A stretch of DNA of 64,000 nt from Eledone cirrhosa (Eukaryota), in assembly GCA_964016885.1 (NCBI GenBank), contig OZ024743.1, positions 21,018,001-21,082,000 of the forward strand. Direction: 5' to 3'. The notes under the pieces were generated by a model. The model was given only the letters and a program-made list of their open reading frames with translations. It was not told where the DNA came from and did not search any database. The translations under genes and the position numbers were made by a program. Below, piece after piece: positions 39,641-52,601 of this stretch. Position 1 is the first letter of the stretch. Each line of letters opens with the position of its first letter.

Positions 39641-40556
39641 ATAATTAGGAGGCGAACCAAGTCAAATAGAATGGATATATCTTTGAACATTACCTCACTC
39701 ACTCTTTGGGAAACTTAGTTTGTACTATTAAAATTCGAACCCAGCTGGTCAGAGTGGACGCTTTCCTTAAACAGCAAGGGAAACGGCTTCATGTGGGTAA
39801 GATGATACAGTACCCAGACTGCTATGACAGTTCCCATGGTCCTGAACTACTGCTCGTGCACTGAAAGGTGCAGTCATATGCAGTATATAAGGTAATGATA
39901 GTACACATTATGTAATTCGGCTTAGGACCATTTTGTCAGTGGGAGGTGCCCTCTCTGTTTAGGAAAGACACAAAATGGTGTGTCAAACTCTCTCAGTTGC
40001 TAGTGGCAAGTGATGTTAGCAGTAAGCTTCCTAGTCTCATGTGACACCTCATCAAAGAGGAGGTAAGCCAGGTCTGACCAAACAGTGAATCACGTTGGCA
40101 AAAAAGATTCCCATTGAAAAAATAGGATTATTGCCACAAGCACTCAGCCTGTGTACTTTCAAATAGAAACCAAATACAGTACAGCAAACAACAAAAAATA
40201 GATTGAACTAGGTAAAAATAGTGAGAAAGTTCAATATACAGTTTAAATGCTGTATAGTTTACTGGGAGTTAAAATAATTAGGAGACGAAGCAACTTGAAT
40301 AGAATGAACATAGCTTCGGCTGTTTCCTAACTCACTCTATGGGAATCTAAGTTCATACTATTATAATTTGAACCCAGCTGGGTGGCATGTTGGTGTAATG
40401 GTAACACATTGGTCTGGCAAACCTAAGATGAGGGTTTGTGTCTCATGTACGTCAATACTCATCCTGTTTCCATTCAGAGGATTTAAAAAAAATCCCAACT
40501 AACAGACTAATTCTATATAGTCAAATACAGTGAAAGCACATGTTACTACCTAATTA
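39641..40556. mobile_element. Unclassified TA-flanked composite element with ~107-bp direct repeats and a tRNA-like segment
   Basis: ATAATTAGGAG...GAACCCAGCTGG at 39641-39748 and 40274-40381; tRNA-like 40385-40454; right end CCTAATTAT mirrors left end ATAATTAGG. Confidence 0.55.
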
Positions 40557-40613
40557 TATATACATATATATATATATCTTCATGATTTTAGGATGATTAT
40601 ATATATATATGAT

Positions 40614-40637
<24 letters not shown>

Positions 40638-40644
<7 letters not shown>

Positions 40645-41940
40645 TATTGCCCTTCAGACTATAACAGAGGAGTTCAAGATCGGCTGCCCATGGGAACTCC
40701 TATACGCAGATGATCTAATGCTAATAGCTGAATCAATGGCTGAACTAGAGAAGAAATTCCAAACATGGAAGCATGGCCTAGAATCAAAAAGGCCTTAAAA
40801 TTAACCTGTCTAAGACTAAAGTTCTAGTTTGTAGGAAGGAAAATAGGTCACTGGTCCCATCTGGGAAATGGCCATGCTCAGTGTGTAGGAAAGGAGTAGG
40901 TAGAAACTCCATTTTATGTCCCAAATGCAAAGTATGGGTGCATAAAAGATGTAGTGGGATCACAGGTAAGCTAACTAAGAATATAGATTTTATATGTGGC
41001 CGGTGCTCTGGTGCAATAAGTAGCAGCAATTGCTCACAGAATACTAGCTCATTCCATTGCACAGATGGTTCTATAGAAATAGTGGACACCTTCCGTTACC
41101 TGGGTGACAAAATCAGCAGTGGTGGGGGGTGCTCTGAAAGTACAGTAGCTAGAGTCAGAACGGAATGGAAAAAGTTCAGAGAGCTTATACCACTATTGGC
41201 CGCCAAAGGGTTCTCTCTAAAAATGAAAGGCAGGCTGTATGATGCCTGCATACAAACAGCAATGTTACATGGCAGTGAGACCTGGGCATTGTATGCAGAG
41301 GATGTACGCAGACTGGAGAGGAACGAAGCTTGCATGCTCCACTGGATGTGTAATAGTAATATACGTGAACGGCAAAGCATAAACGAACTAAGGGAGAAAT
41401 TAGGAATAAGAGGAATCAGATGTTGTTTACTCGAGAGAACACTACGTTGGTACGGTCACGTAATTCGCATGAAAGACGACAGCTGTATAAAAAAGTGCAG
41501 GGCGATAAAAATAGACGGTAGCCACGGAGTAGGCAGACCCAGAAAAACCTGGGACGACTTGATAAATTCCGACCTCACACACTTACACCTCTCCAAGACA
41601 ATGTCACTGGACCGAGATCTTTGGCGCTACACAGTAATACAGAAGACCCCGCCTTACCTAAGTACAAAGCGAAACCTACAGTCAGTAGGCACCTCTAACA
41701 AAAACACACACCCGTCCCACTAGTCCCACCCCATCCACACCACCCCTTTCAATGTAAAGTTATGTTGGTACCACAATATCCATTCTGAAACAAATGAGGT
41801 CGTGTAGGTGTCACGACAAAAAACACACAGTCCATGCTGTAATGTGGCCGTGTAGGTAACACGGTAAAAACCTCCCAGTCCACACTGTAAATGTGGTTGG
41901 TGTTAGGAAGGGCAGCCAGCCGTAGAAAACCTGCCAAACA
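40638..41940 (+). mobile_element. RTE LINE copy with PHD-like finger; 5' end at (TA)n, frameshifted, 3' tip missing
   Basis: PWELLYADD near 40688, +1 frameshift near 40790, ORF 40881-41723. Confidence 0.93.
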
Positions 41941-42246
41941 AAGGATTGGGAGAACTCTTCAGCAGTGTCAAAAACTTGAGAACCTCCCCAGTGTTCGTTC
42001 CACAATAAAACACACTTAGTAGGAATGCATGTAAATGAGATGCAGATCCTCCCCCATCAGAGAGACCAGTAACTCCACATGAATACTGATTTGGTCTGAT
42101 AAGACCTGTGCAACGATTGTTAGAAGGGAAAGTGGGTGTTAAAATGTTGATGATAATGATAATATATGATGATAACTAATATTATAATGGGCTCCATCTA
42201 TCTGAATTAGATATCTGCATACTCTGTCCACCAGACATGCTCTACA

Positions 42247-45200
42247 CACTATACATACTACACTCACCATACATACTACACTCACTATACATACTACACT
42301 CACTATACATACTACACTCACTATACATACTACACTCACCATACATACTACACTCACCATACATACTACACTCACTATACATACTACACTCACTATACAT
42401 ACTACACTCACTATACATACTACACTCACCATACATACTACACTCACTATACATACTACACTCACTATACATACTACACTCACCATACATACTACACTCA
42501 CTATACATACTACACTCACCATACATACTACACTCACCATACATACTACACTCACCATACATACTACACTCACCATACATACTACACTCACTATACATAC
42601 TACACTCACCATACATACTACACTCACCATACATACTACACTCACCATACATACTACACTCACTATACATACTACACTCACCATACATACTACACTCACT
42701 ATACATACTACATTCACCATACATACTACACTCACTATACATACTACACTCACTATACATACTACACTCACCATACATACTACACTCACTATACATACTA
42801 CACTCACCATACATACTACACTCACCATACATACTACACTCACCATACATACTACACTCACTATACATACTACATTCACCATACATACTACACTCACTAT
42901 ACATACTACACTCACTATACATACTACACTCACCATACATACTACACTCACTATACATACTACATTCACCATACATACTACACTCACTATACATACTACA
43001 CTCACCATACATACTACACTCACCATACATACTACACTCACCATACATACTACACTCACTATACATACTACACTCACCATACATACTACACTCACCATAC
43101 ATACTACACTCACTATACATACTACATTCACCATACATACTACACTCACTATACATACTACACTCACCATACATACTACACTCACCATACATACTACACT
43201 CACCATACATACTATACTCACTATACATACTACACTCACCATACATACTACACTCACCATACATACTACACTCACCATACATACTACACTCACCATACAT
43301 ACTACACTCACTATACATACTACACTCACCATACATACTACACTCACTATACATACTACACTCACCATACATACTACACTCACCATACATACTACACTCA
43401 CCATACATACTACACTCACCATACATACTACACTCACTATACATACTACATTCACCATACATACTACACTCACTATACATACTACACTCACCATACATAC
43501 TACACTCACTATACATACTACACTCACCATACATACTACACTCACTATACATACTACACTCACTATACATACTACACTCACCATACATACTACACTCACT
43601 ATACATACTACATTCACCATACATACTACACTCACTATACATACTACACTCACCATACATACTACACTCACCATACATACTACACTCACCATACATACTA
43701 CACTCACTATACATACTACACTCACCATACATACTACACTCACCATACATACTACACTCACCATACATACTACACTCACCATACATACTACACTCACTAT
43801 ACATACTACATTCACCATACATACTACACTCATCATACATACTACACTCACTATACATACTACACTCACCATACATACTACACTCACTATACATACTACA
43901 CTCACCATACATACTACACTCACCATACATACTACACTCACCATACATACTACACTCACCATACATACTACACTCACTATACATACTACATTCACCATAC
44001 ATACTACACTCACTATACATACTACACTCACCATACATACTACACTCACTATACATACTACACTCACCATACATACTACACTCACTATACATACTACACT
44101 CACTATACATACTACACTCACCATACATACTACACTCACTATACATACTACATTCACCATACATACTACACTCACTATACATACTACACTCACCATACAT
44201 ACTACACTCACCATACATACTACACTCACCATACATACTACACTCACTATACATACTACACTCACCATACATACTACACTCACCATACATACTACACTCA
44301 CCATACATACTACACTCACCATACATACTACACTCACTATACATACTACACTCACTATACATACTACACTCATCATACATACTACACTCACTATACATAC
44401 TACACTCACCATACATACTACACTCACCATACATACTACACTCACTATACATACTACACTCATCATACATACTACACTCACCATACATACTACACTCACC
44501 ATACATACCTCACTCACTATACATACTACACTCACCATACATACTACACTCACCATAATACTACACTCACTATACATACTACACTCACCATACATACTAC
44601 ACTCACCATAATACTACACTCACTATACATACTACACTCACCATACATACTACACTCACCATACATACTACACTCACCATACATACTACACTCACCATAC
44701 ATACTACACTCACCATACATACTACACTCACTATACATACTACACTCACCATACATACTACACTCACTATACATACTACACTCATCATACATACTACACT
44801 CACTATACATACTACACTCACCATACATACTACACTCACCATACATACTACATTCACCATAATACTACACTCACTATACATACTACACTCACTATACATA
44901 CTACACTCACTATACATACTACACTCACCATACATACTACACTCACCATACATACTACACTCACCATACATACTACATTCACCATACATACTACACTCAC
45001 TATACATACTACACTCACCATACATACTACACTCACCATACATACTACACTCACCATACATACTACACTCACCATACATACTACACTCACCATACATACT
45101 ACACTCACTATACATACTACACTCACCATACATACTACACTCACTATACATACTACACTCACCATACATACTACACTCACCATACATACTACACTCACTA

Positions 45201-45721
45201 TACATACTACACTCACCATACATACTACACTCACTATACATACTACACTCATCATACATACTACACTCACTATACATACTACACTCACCATACATACTAC
45301 ACTCACCATACATACTACACTCACCATACATACTACACTCACCATACATTCTACACTCATCATACATACTACACTCACCATACATACTACACTCACTATA
45401 CATACTACACTCACCATACATACTACACTCACTATACATACTACACTCACCATACATACTACACTCACTATACATACTACACTCACCATACATACTACAC
45501 TCACTATACATACTACACTCACCATACATACTACACTCACTATACATACTACACTCACTATACATACTACACTCACTATACATACTACACTCACTATACA
45601 TACTACACTCACCATACATACTACACTCACTATACATACTACACTCACCATACATACTACACTCACTATACATACTACACTCACCATACATACTACACTC
45701 ACTATACATACTACACTCACC
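42247..45721. repeat. 18-bp satellite, ~193 units
   Basis: Unit CAC(C/T)ATACATACTACACT; no G on plus strand; rare variants and a few single-base indels. Confidence 0.97.
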
Positions 45722-48390
45722 TATCAACTTACAAAAGATCAGCTTCATTTTATTTGTCTGTGAAGGTCACAGATATTTTCACTCAATCTCTCACTAATAC
45801 TGTGTAAAAAAATATAAGCTAAAAGTTGTTGTTGTTGCTGTTGTTGCTGTCCCAGGAAAAGCCTTAATTGAACAGACCTAGGACCAAAGGCATTTCAGCT
45901 GACTTTTCATCCTGACTTGTTGTTCTGTGCATAACATACAGGACTCTTTCAACCAACGAGTCCTTTTTTTCTTTTAGAGAGATTAGGTTACTATTTCTAG
46001 TAGGTTGAGCAGCAACCTGAATGTTTTCTCACAGCTTTTGATGTATAACGTTTTTAATAAGAGCTGGTTGTCAAAAACATTTCATTTTTGTTACATTGGT
46101 AATTATATTTTAACATCATTTATAAAGAAATACTTTTCATTATTACAAATAATTTTATTAACAAGATATATTGTTGGCGTCTTCATAGATTTATTCTCTG
46201 AATATACACCTAGTATTTCATTGAGATATCTTATTCTAAATAGCATTTTGTCTCTATCATAATAGTCTGAAGCTCATAATAAGGACATCATTCAAACAGA
46301 GAATGAAATTTAAGATATGAAGAATTTCATATAGACCATATAATCATGTATTACATCTCTCATCCTATTCCATCCTGTAGCACTCACACATCTAAGCTAA
46401 TTCTGCTAGCTTTTGATTAAAATTACTGGACAGTGTCCAGATAAAAGCATATCACATTTCAATGTTCCATTCTATATTTACAACAGTCTAAAGTAATTGA
46501 CCTGATTATGATATTATGGTTATCAATATCTCAGTCCAATAATTAGTCATTTCATTTTCTTCATGATTGCTTCAGCCTGTTGTCAGTAATGGCAATCATG
46601 AACTATTCAAATTGAATCAACTTTTAAGGATCTATTCTCAACCATTCTTCACAGCTTTGTTGGAATTATTCCCGTATCTCTTCTCATTTGAAAATAATGA
46701 AACTACTGTGATTTATTAATGGCTGATTAAAACCTTAAGAACTTTGCCAAATGCCAGCTTCGTTAAAAGGACATTTAGTTTTATCAGGTGAGTTCTCATA
46801 ATATCTAATATGTAGAAGATGCTGAAATAGTTGAGTGCATAAAATATTGGCTTCACCTCTTAAAGGGTCTCGAGATTTAGGATCACAACATGTGATGAAA
46901 GAAGTTCAGCAAGGTTAATATGATTGATCTTCATAAATCTTAGTGTAAACTGGAAAACAAAGAGGAATATATTGAAATCCAGAGTGATATTATTTTGTGG
47001 AACTCATCACATTAAATGTAGAGACTCAGAGAAACGATGTATTAAGGAAAGTGTATGAGAAGTTCATTGCAGGTCATTTTACTTGACACTGAGGTTTAAC
47101 TAGCAAATTCAGATGAGCAGAGGTTATTTTCAATGACAAAGATACCAAATAAAAATAAAGATAAAAACAATAAAAATAAAAACAAGAATTTAAAAGAAAA
47201 TATAAAAATAAATGTTTAAAAACAGAACCCATAAAATATAATAAAAATATCAAGCCACTAGATAATATATCTGATCAAATATACAGCAATATGTGTTTTT
47301 CAATACTTCTGACAAAAGTCTGGGTAAAAAAAAAAAATTTTTTTAAACATTACAAGCTTTTGTAAAAACTTTGTAAATATCCAAATATAAGGTGAGTTTT
47401 TCTTTTTTAGCAACAATTTTCAATTTAAACCTTTGATTTATTTTCAGACATATAATGTACATCATTGATAATTCTTTTATACTATTACTGGTTTGAGTAA
47501 TTTGAGTGTGACTATCCTGAGGCACAGTCTGACCCCAGTATTTAGCCTTATTTTATCAAACTACATTTATTGCATGCCTATGTTAATCAGAATTACACCC
47601 AATTAAGAGCTTTAAATACCACAGGGCATTTACTTTGATTTACACTAATAATCACAAACACACACAAATCATATAGTATTTGCATTTCTTCCATGATACA
47701 TCCCTATTGATCTCCCATTACATTACATTGTTTTCTACTCAATCCTATCCACTACAAATAACCAACAGGTAGTTATTACTGATCCTCTCTCTCTCTCTCT
47801 CTCTCCTACAATCCTGCCACTCTGTATCTCCCTTCACACTAATAACCATATTCTCTCCTCTTTCAGCACTTCACTATCTCTCTCCTTCTAATCACACACT
47901 TAGCTAGGTTCATCTTGAAAGAATGGCAACTATGTAGAGTGGAGGAGACTGTAGAACTAAAATAAAACACATTCAGTACATGCTGAAAAGTAGTTGCTGT
48001 TAGAAAAAGGCATCCAACTGAAACAACTATACTAAAATGAATGTACAAGTGAGGTCTGGTCTTCCTGCTAAGAAAGCTTTAGCTTTGATTAAAGAATTCC
48101 TTTCAATCATTAAAACACATCTAACCAAGCAGCAAAGAAAGGAGATGTAAAATGATAGTGGTGACTATATATATATGTATGATTTAGAAAATGCATCCTG
48201 TATTGCTGCATGATGTAAGGGGCAATTAAATGGGTTAGTGTCAGGAAGGGCATCTGGCTGTAAAACATTGCCTCAAAAAGTCCTGTGTAAACCATACCAG
48301 CATAGAAAAGTCAATGTAGAAATGATAATGATGATGAAGATTATATATCTTTCTATCTATACATACATTTTTATCTATCTATCTACCTAT

Positions 48391-48775
48391 CATCATCACC
48401 ATTTTACGTCCGTTCTTCCATGCTAGCATGGGTTAGACAGGTTGTCCTGTTGTGGGCGTGTCCGGTCGGCTGACCTTGTCTTGCTCATACGGGAACAGAT
48501 TCTGGCTTGATTTCTACAGCTGGATGCCCTTCCTAACACCCACCTCATTTACAGTGAGTGCTGGGTGCTTTTTTGCTGTGGCACCTCCATGACCACTTTG
48601 CAATGGAATGATAGGGACCCCAGTCCTATCATCTCATTTCTACAGCTGAGTAAACTGGAGCAATGTGAAATAAAGTGTCTTGGTCAAGGAAACAACACAT
48701 CACCCGGTGTGAGAATTGAACTCACAACCTTTTGATTGCAAGCCCAATGCTCTAACCACTAAGCCATGCGCCTTC
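48391..48775 (-). mobile_element. SINE family B, full length, long tail
   Basis: Head GAAGGCGCATGGCTTAGTGGTTAGAGC, B-box GAGTTCAATTC. Confidence 0.93.
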
Positions 48776-48794
48776 ATTATATAAATTATATATA

Positions 48795-49871
48795 TAAATT
48801 CCTTTAGCAATAAATAAGTATAATAGTAAACTATTGCTTTCTCATTTAAATCAGACAACTGTCTGCACTTGTAGCCATTCTGAACTAAAATGTGAGGATT
48901 GATAAAAACAGTTTTTCTTATGCTTTTTAGTATGTGGTTTATTTATGGGTACAAATGTGACTGAATGGTTAAGAAGTTTGATTTGTAATACCACCACATT
49001 ATTCTAAGTTCAATCCTACTTAACTACATCTTGAGCAACTGTCTTCTGTTATAGCTTCAGTTTTGCTAATACATTGAAGGTGCATGGCTTAGTGGTTAGA
49101 GCATTGGCCTTGTAATCAAAAGGTTGTGAGTTCAATTCTCAGACCAGGTGATGTGTTGTTTCCTTGAGCAAGACACTTTATTTCACATTGCTCCAGTTTA
49201 CTCAGTTGTAGAAATGAGATGATAGGGTCCCTATCATTCCACTGCAAAGTGGACGTGTAGGTGCCACGGCAAAAAAAGCACCCAGCCCACACTGCAAAGT
49301 GGACGTGTAGGCGCCACGGAAAAAAGCACCCAGCACTCACTGTAAATGAGGTTGGTGTTAGGAAGGGCATCCAGCTGTAGAAATCAAGCCAGAATCAGTT
49401 CCCGTCCCACCCTTGCAAGCAGGGAAAAAGCGGACGTAAAATGAAATGATGATGATGATGAAATGAATCATATTCATCCTTATTTTACATTTTGATGGTC
49501 ACTGTGTTGGAAGGGTTGCTATGGTTCAAACTACTTCATATTAAGAGTTATGGTCATCTAAACAGTTTCTATCAACTAAATTACACCTTCAATGTATTAG
49601 CAAAACTGAAGCTATAACAGAAGACAGTTGCTCAAGATGTAGTTAAGTAGGATTGAACTTAGAATAATGTGGTGGTATTACAAATCAAACTTCTTAACCA
49701 TTCAGTCACATTTGTACCCATAAATAAACCACATACTAAAAAGCATAAGAAAAACTGTTTTTGTCAATCCTCACATTTTACTTCAGAATGGCTACAAGTG
49801 CAGACAGTTGTCTGATTTAAATGAGAAAGCAATAGTTTACTATTATACTTATTTATTGCTAAAGTAATTTA
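48795..49871. repeat. 288-bp inverted duplication (48795-49082 / 49584-49871)
   Basis: Reverse complement with about 3 mismatches by eye, bracketing a SINE B. Confidence 0.92.
49076..49460 (+). mobile_element. SINE family B, full length, short tail
   Basis: A-box TGGCTTAGTGG, B-box, core, internal ~50-bp duplication, tail CCCTTGCAAGCAGGG...(GAT)n. Confidence 0.93.
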
Positions 49872-50118
49872 GCAGGAGAAAGGTTTGAATGGTAAAGAGA
49901 AGCAAAAATATTTTTGAACCAACGTTTGATAATAATGTGTAAAAGGAACTTTAAAGATGCATTAGCATTAATAGAGTTGAGTCGTATTTTCCTAGTTTAT
50001 ATGAATGTGTATATACTTATATCATTATCATGATATATATGTGTATACATATATATATATATACACACATATATGTGTATATATATATATATACACACAT
50101 ATATGTGTATGTATGTTA

Positions 50119-50408
50119 CGTTGGTACCACAAATCATCCAGCCCACTCTGTATGTGGTCATGTAGGTGTCACGTCAGAAAGTACCCAGTCCACACTGTAA
50201 AGTGGTTGTGTAAAAGACACAATAAAAAGCATCCAGCACACACTATAAATATGGTTGGTGCTAGGAAGGGCATCCAGCCGTAGAAAACCAGCCAGAAACT
50301 GTCCTATATGAGTGAGACACAGTCACTCGACCCAACTTGCCTTAAATGGAACAAACCCATCTAACCCATGCTAGCATTGAAGATGGATGTTAAATGATGA
50401 TGATGATG
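50119..50408 (+). mobile_element. RTE 3'-UTR/SINE-tail fragment
   Basis: Homologous to 14815-15108; ends in (GAT)n then (TA)n. Confidence 0.75.
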
Positions 50409-50442
<34 letters not shown>

Positions 50443-51134
50443 TCATCATAATCAGTATGTTTTATTTGCTTTCCATGATGGCAAGGGTTGGAGTGGCTGG
50501 TTGTCAAGGGTTAGTCTGGTCAAGAAACTACATGCATCCCATCTCTGGTATGGCTTCTATAGTTGGATGCCCTTCCTAATGCCAATCAATTTACAAAATG
50601 TATTAGGTTCATTTTATCATGGCATCAGCATTAACATTTTACCAAGTGTACAAGGTGCCTTTTTTTCATGACCCTAGCACTACCACTTTACAGAGTGTGT
50701 TGGGCACATTGTATCAGGGCACAAGCACTAGTTGCTTTGTTATATGCTCAGCCCAACTGAAACATCCACTCTAATCTATACTGTCTTCATTGAATCACCA
50801 ACCACTTTACAGTAGCAACCCCAATAAAGAGGTTGTGAGGTACTTGACATGTATAGAAAGCCTTCTTTACTTTGTACTATCACAGTCTCTCTGGAGTGAA
50901 GTCAGGAATAGAGGGCATTCCATTGCAATACCGATGATTGTCTCATCCACTACATTTATGTTTAGCATTTTAGCACTTGTACAGGTGAACAGGTCTTTTG
51001 TAAAATGGCATATCACCAGCCAGCTCAGTCTTGTATCATTTCTTTCATAAAGTCTTATTTCTTGAGGTCATTTATTCCCCATTTCATCCCATGCATTTCT
51101 TGGTCTTTAAGTGCTCAGCACTTTTTATTTTTGA

Positions 51135-51877
51135 CTAGCAGTGGTACCCGGCGTTGCACGGGATAAAACTGCATGCCTGGACAATGTGTAAAGAAAATAA
51201 ACCGAATACTCTGATGGCTGGATAATCTTTAAGATTTTCCTCGATGAAGCAGGAAAAATGAAGTTTTTCACCTGATGCAGGCCCTAAGCCATAATAAAGT
51301 TGGATTTTCTTTGCTCACCGTTTGAAGAAGAGACTGCCTAATACATAGTTACAATTTCAAGGAAATCGGTCTGACGTAACGCCTCAAAACACTCCTAAAA
51401 ACCTGAAAAAACGCAGTTTTTCACCTAACGCGGGCCCTAGGGGATCAAAAAGTTGAATTTATGTGCATAACACTCCCTGAAACCTAAGTAATACACATGT
51501 AAAGTTTGAAAAAAGTCGGTTGGATATTTCTCGAGTTTTAGGGATTCAAACTCACAGGCACACACACACACAGACATCCTCAGGGAAGTGACGTAATGCA
51601 GACAGCCAGACATACAGACAGATAGTGTAAGGGCGCGACCTTATATGTATGTATCTATCTAAAAAGAGAAAGACTAAGAATTATAGAGAGAGATCGCTAA
51701 ATCGCCTAATGCGGTCCCTAGAACATTGAAAATTTGAAATTTGTTTTACCCAGAATACTGCCTGAAACATAAGTATTACATGTGTAAAGTTTGAAAACAG
51801 TCGGTTGGGTGGTTCTCGAGTTTTAGGGATTCAAACTCACACACACAGACAGACATCCTCAGTTTTATATATATAGA
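51135..51877 (-). mobile_element. Non-autonomous Helitron
   Basis: Minus strand: A|TCTATATATATAAAA 5' end; subterminal hairpin CCCGTGCAACGCCGGG; CTAG|T 3' end; no TSD; internal diverged repeats. Confidence 0.85.
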
Positions 51878-52096
51878 TATCTCACTCTGTATAAAAAAAA
51901 GGTCTAGTACTTGAAGTAGATGGAACCTGTGGTAGAGGGAGATAAAGAAAACTATGGGATAAAATTGTAAAGAATTACTTGAACATGAATGAATGAACAC
52001 AAGGTAACGGAGAGAAAAGCTGTGTATAAGAGAAATCAAATGTAGCATACAAGAGAGACATTGGCACTGGTATGGTTATGTGATGCATAAAACAAG

Positions 52097-52150
<54 letters not shown>

Positions 52151-52601
52151 TCATCATCCTCATCATCATCATTTAATGTATACTTTCTCTGCTAGCAAGG
52201 TTTGGCTAGGTCTTCACTGACTATGCCAGTACTGAAGCAGGGCAACTGACCACCTAGATGGGCCAGAGGTTTGCTTCTTGCTTACAAACAATTCCACATT
52301 CTACCAAGTGCATTCTATCATGGCACCAGCACAAAAGAGATTGTCATGTCTTTGGTACAAATGGAGAGTCCTCTCAACCTTTTTGTTTGGCTAGTTTTCT
52401 ATGTCTTAATGCCCTTCCTATCACCAGCCACTTTGTAGCATGTCTGGCTACAGTTATCATGTAGATCACCAACACTAGGGAGGTTGTCATGTCTTTGGCA
52501 CAACTGAAAGATTCTCCCAACCATTTGTATGGCAAGCTTCCTATGGCTGGATGCCCTTCCTATTACCCCTATTTATCATCATTGTCATCAACATCATATA
52601 A

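Noticed and set aside
40385-40454. Functional tRNA gene
   Set aside because: T-loop (GGTTTGTGT) and acceptor stem are degenerate; treated only as a tRNA-derived head.
42139-45748. Long ORFs encoding (MYGECS)n, (MVSVVC)n and (YILHSP)n
   Set aside because: An 18-bp stop-free unit opens several frames on both strands; single-base indels break them and there is no unique coding flank.
46750-47400. AG|GTGAGT donor-like sites near 46788 and 47391
   Set aside because: No open exon with a credible acceptor upstream.
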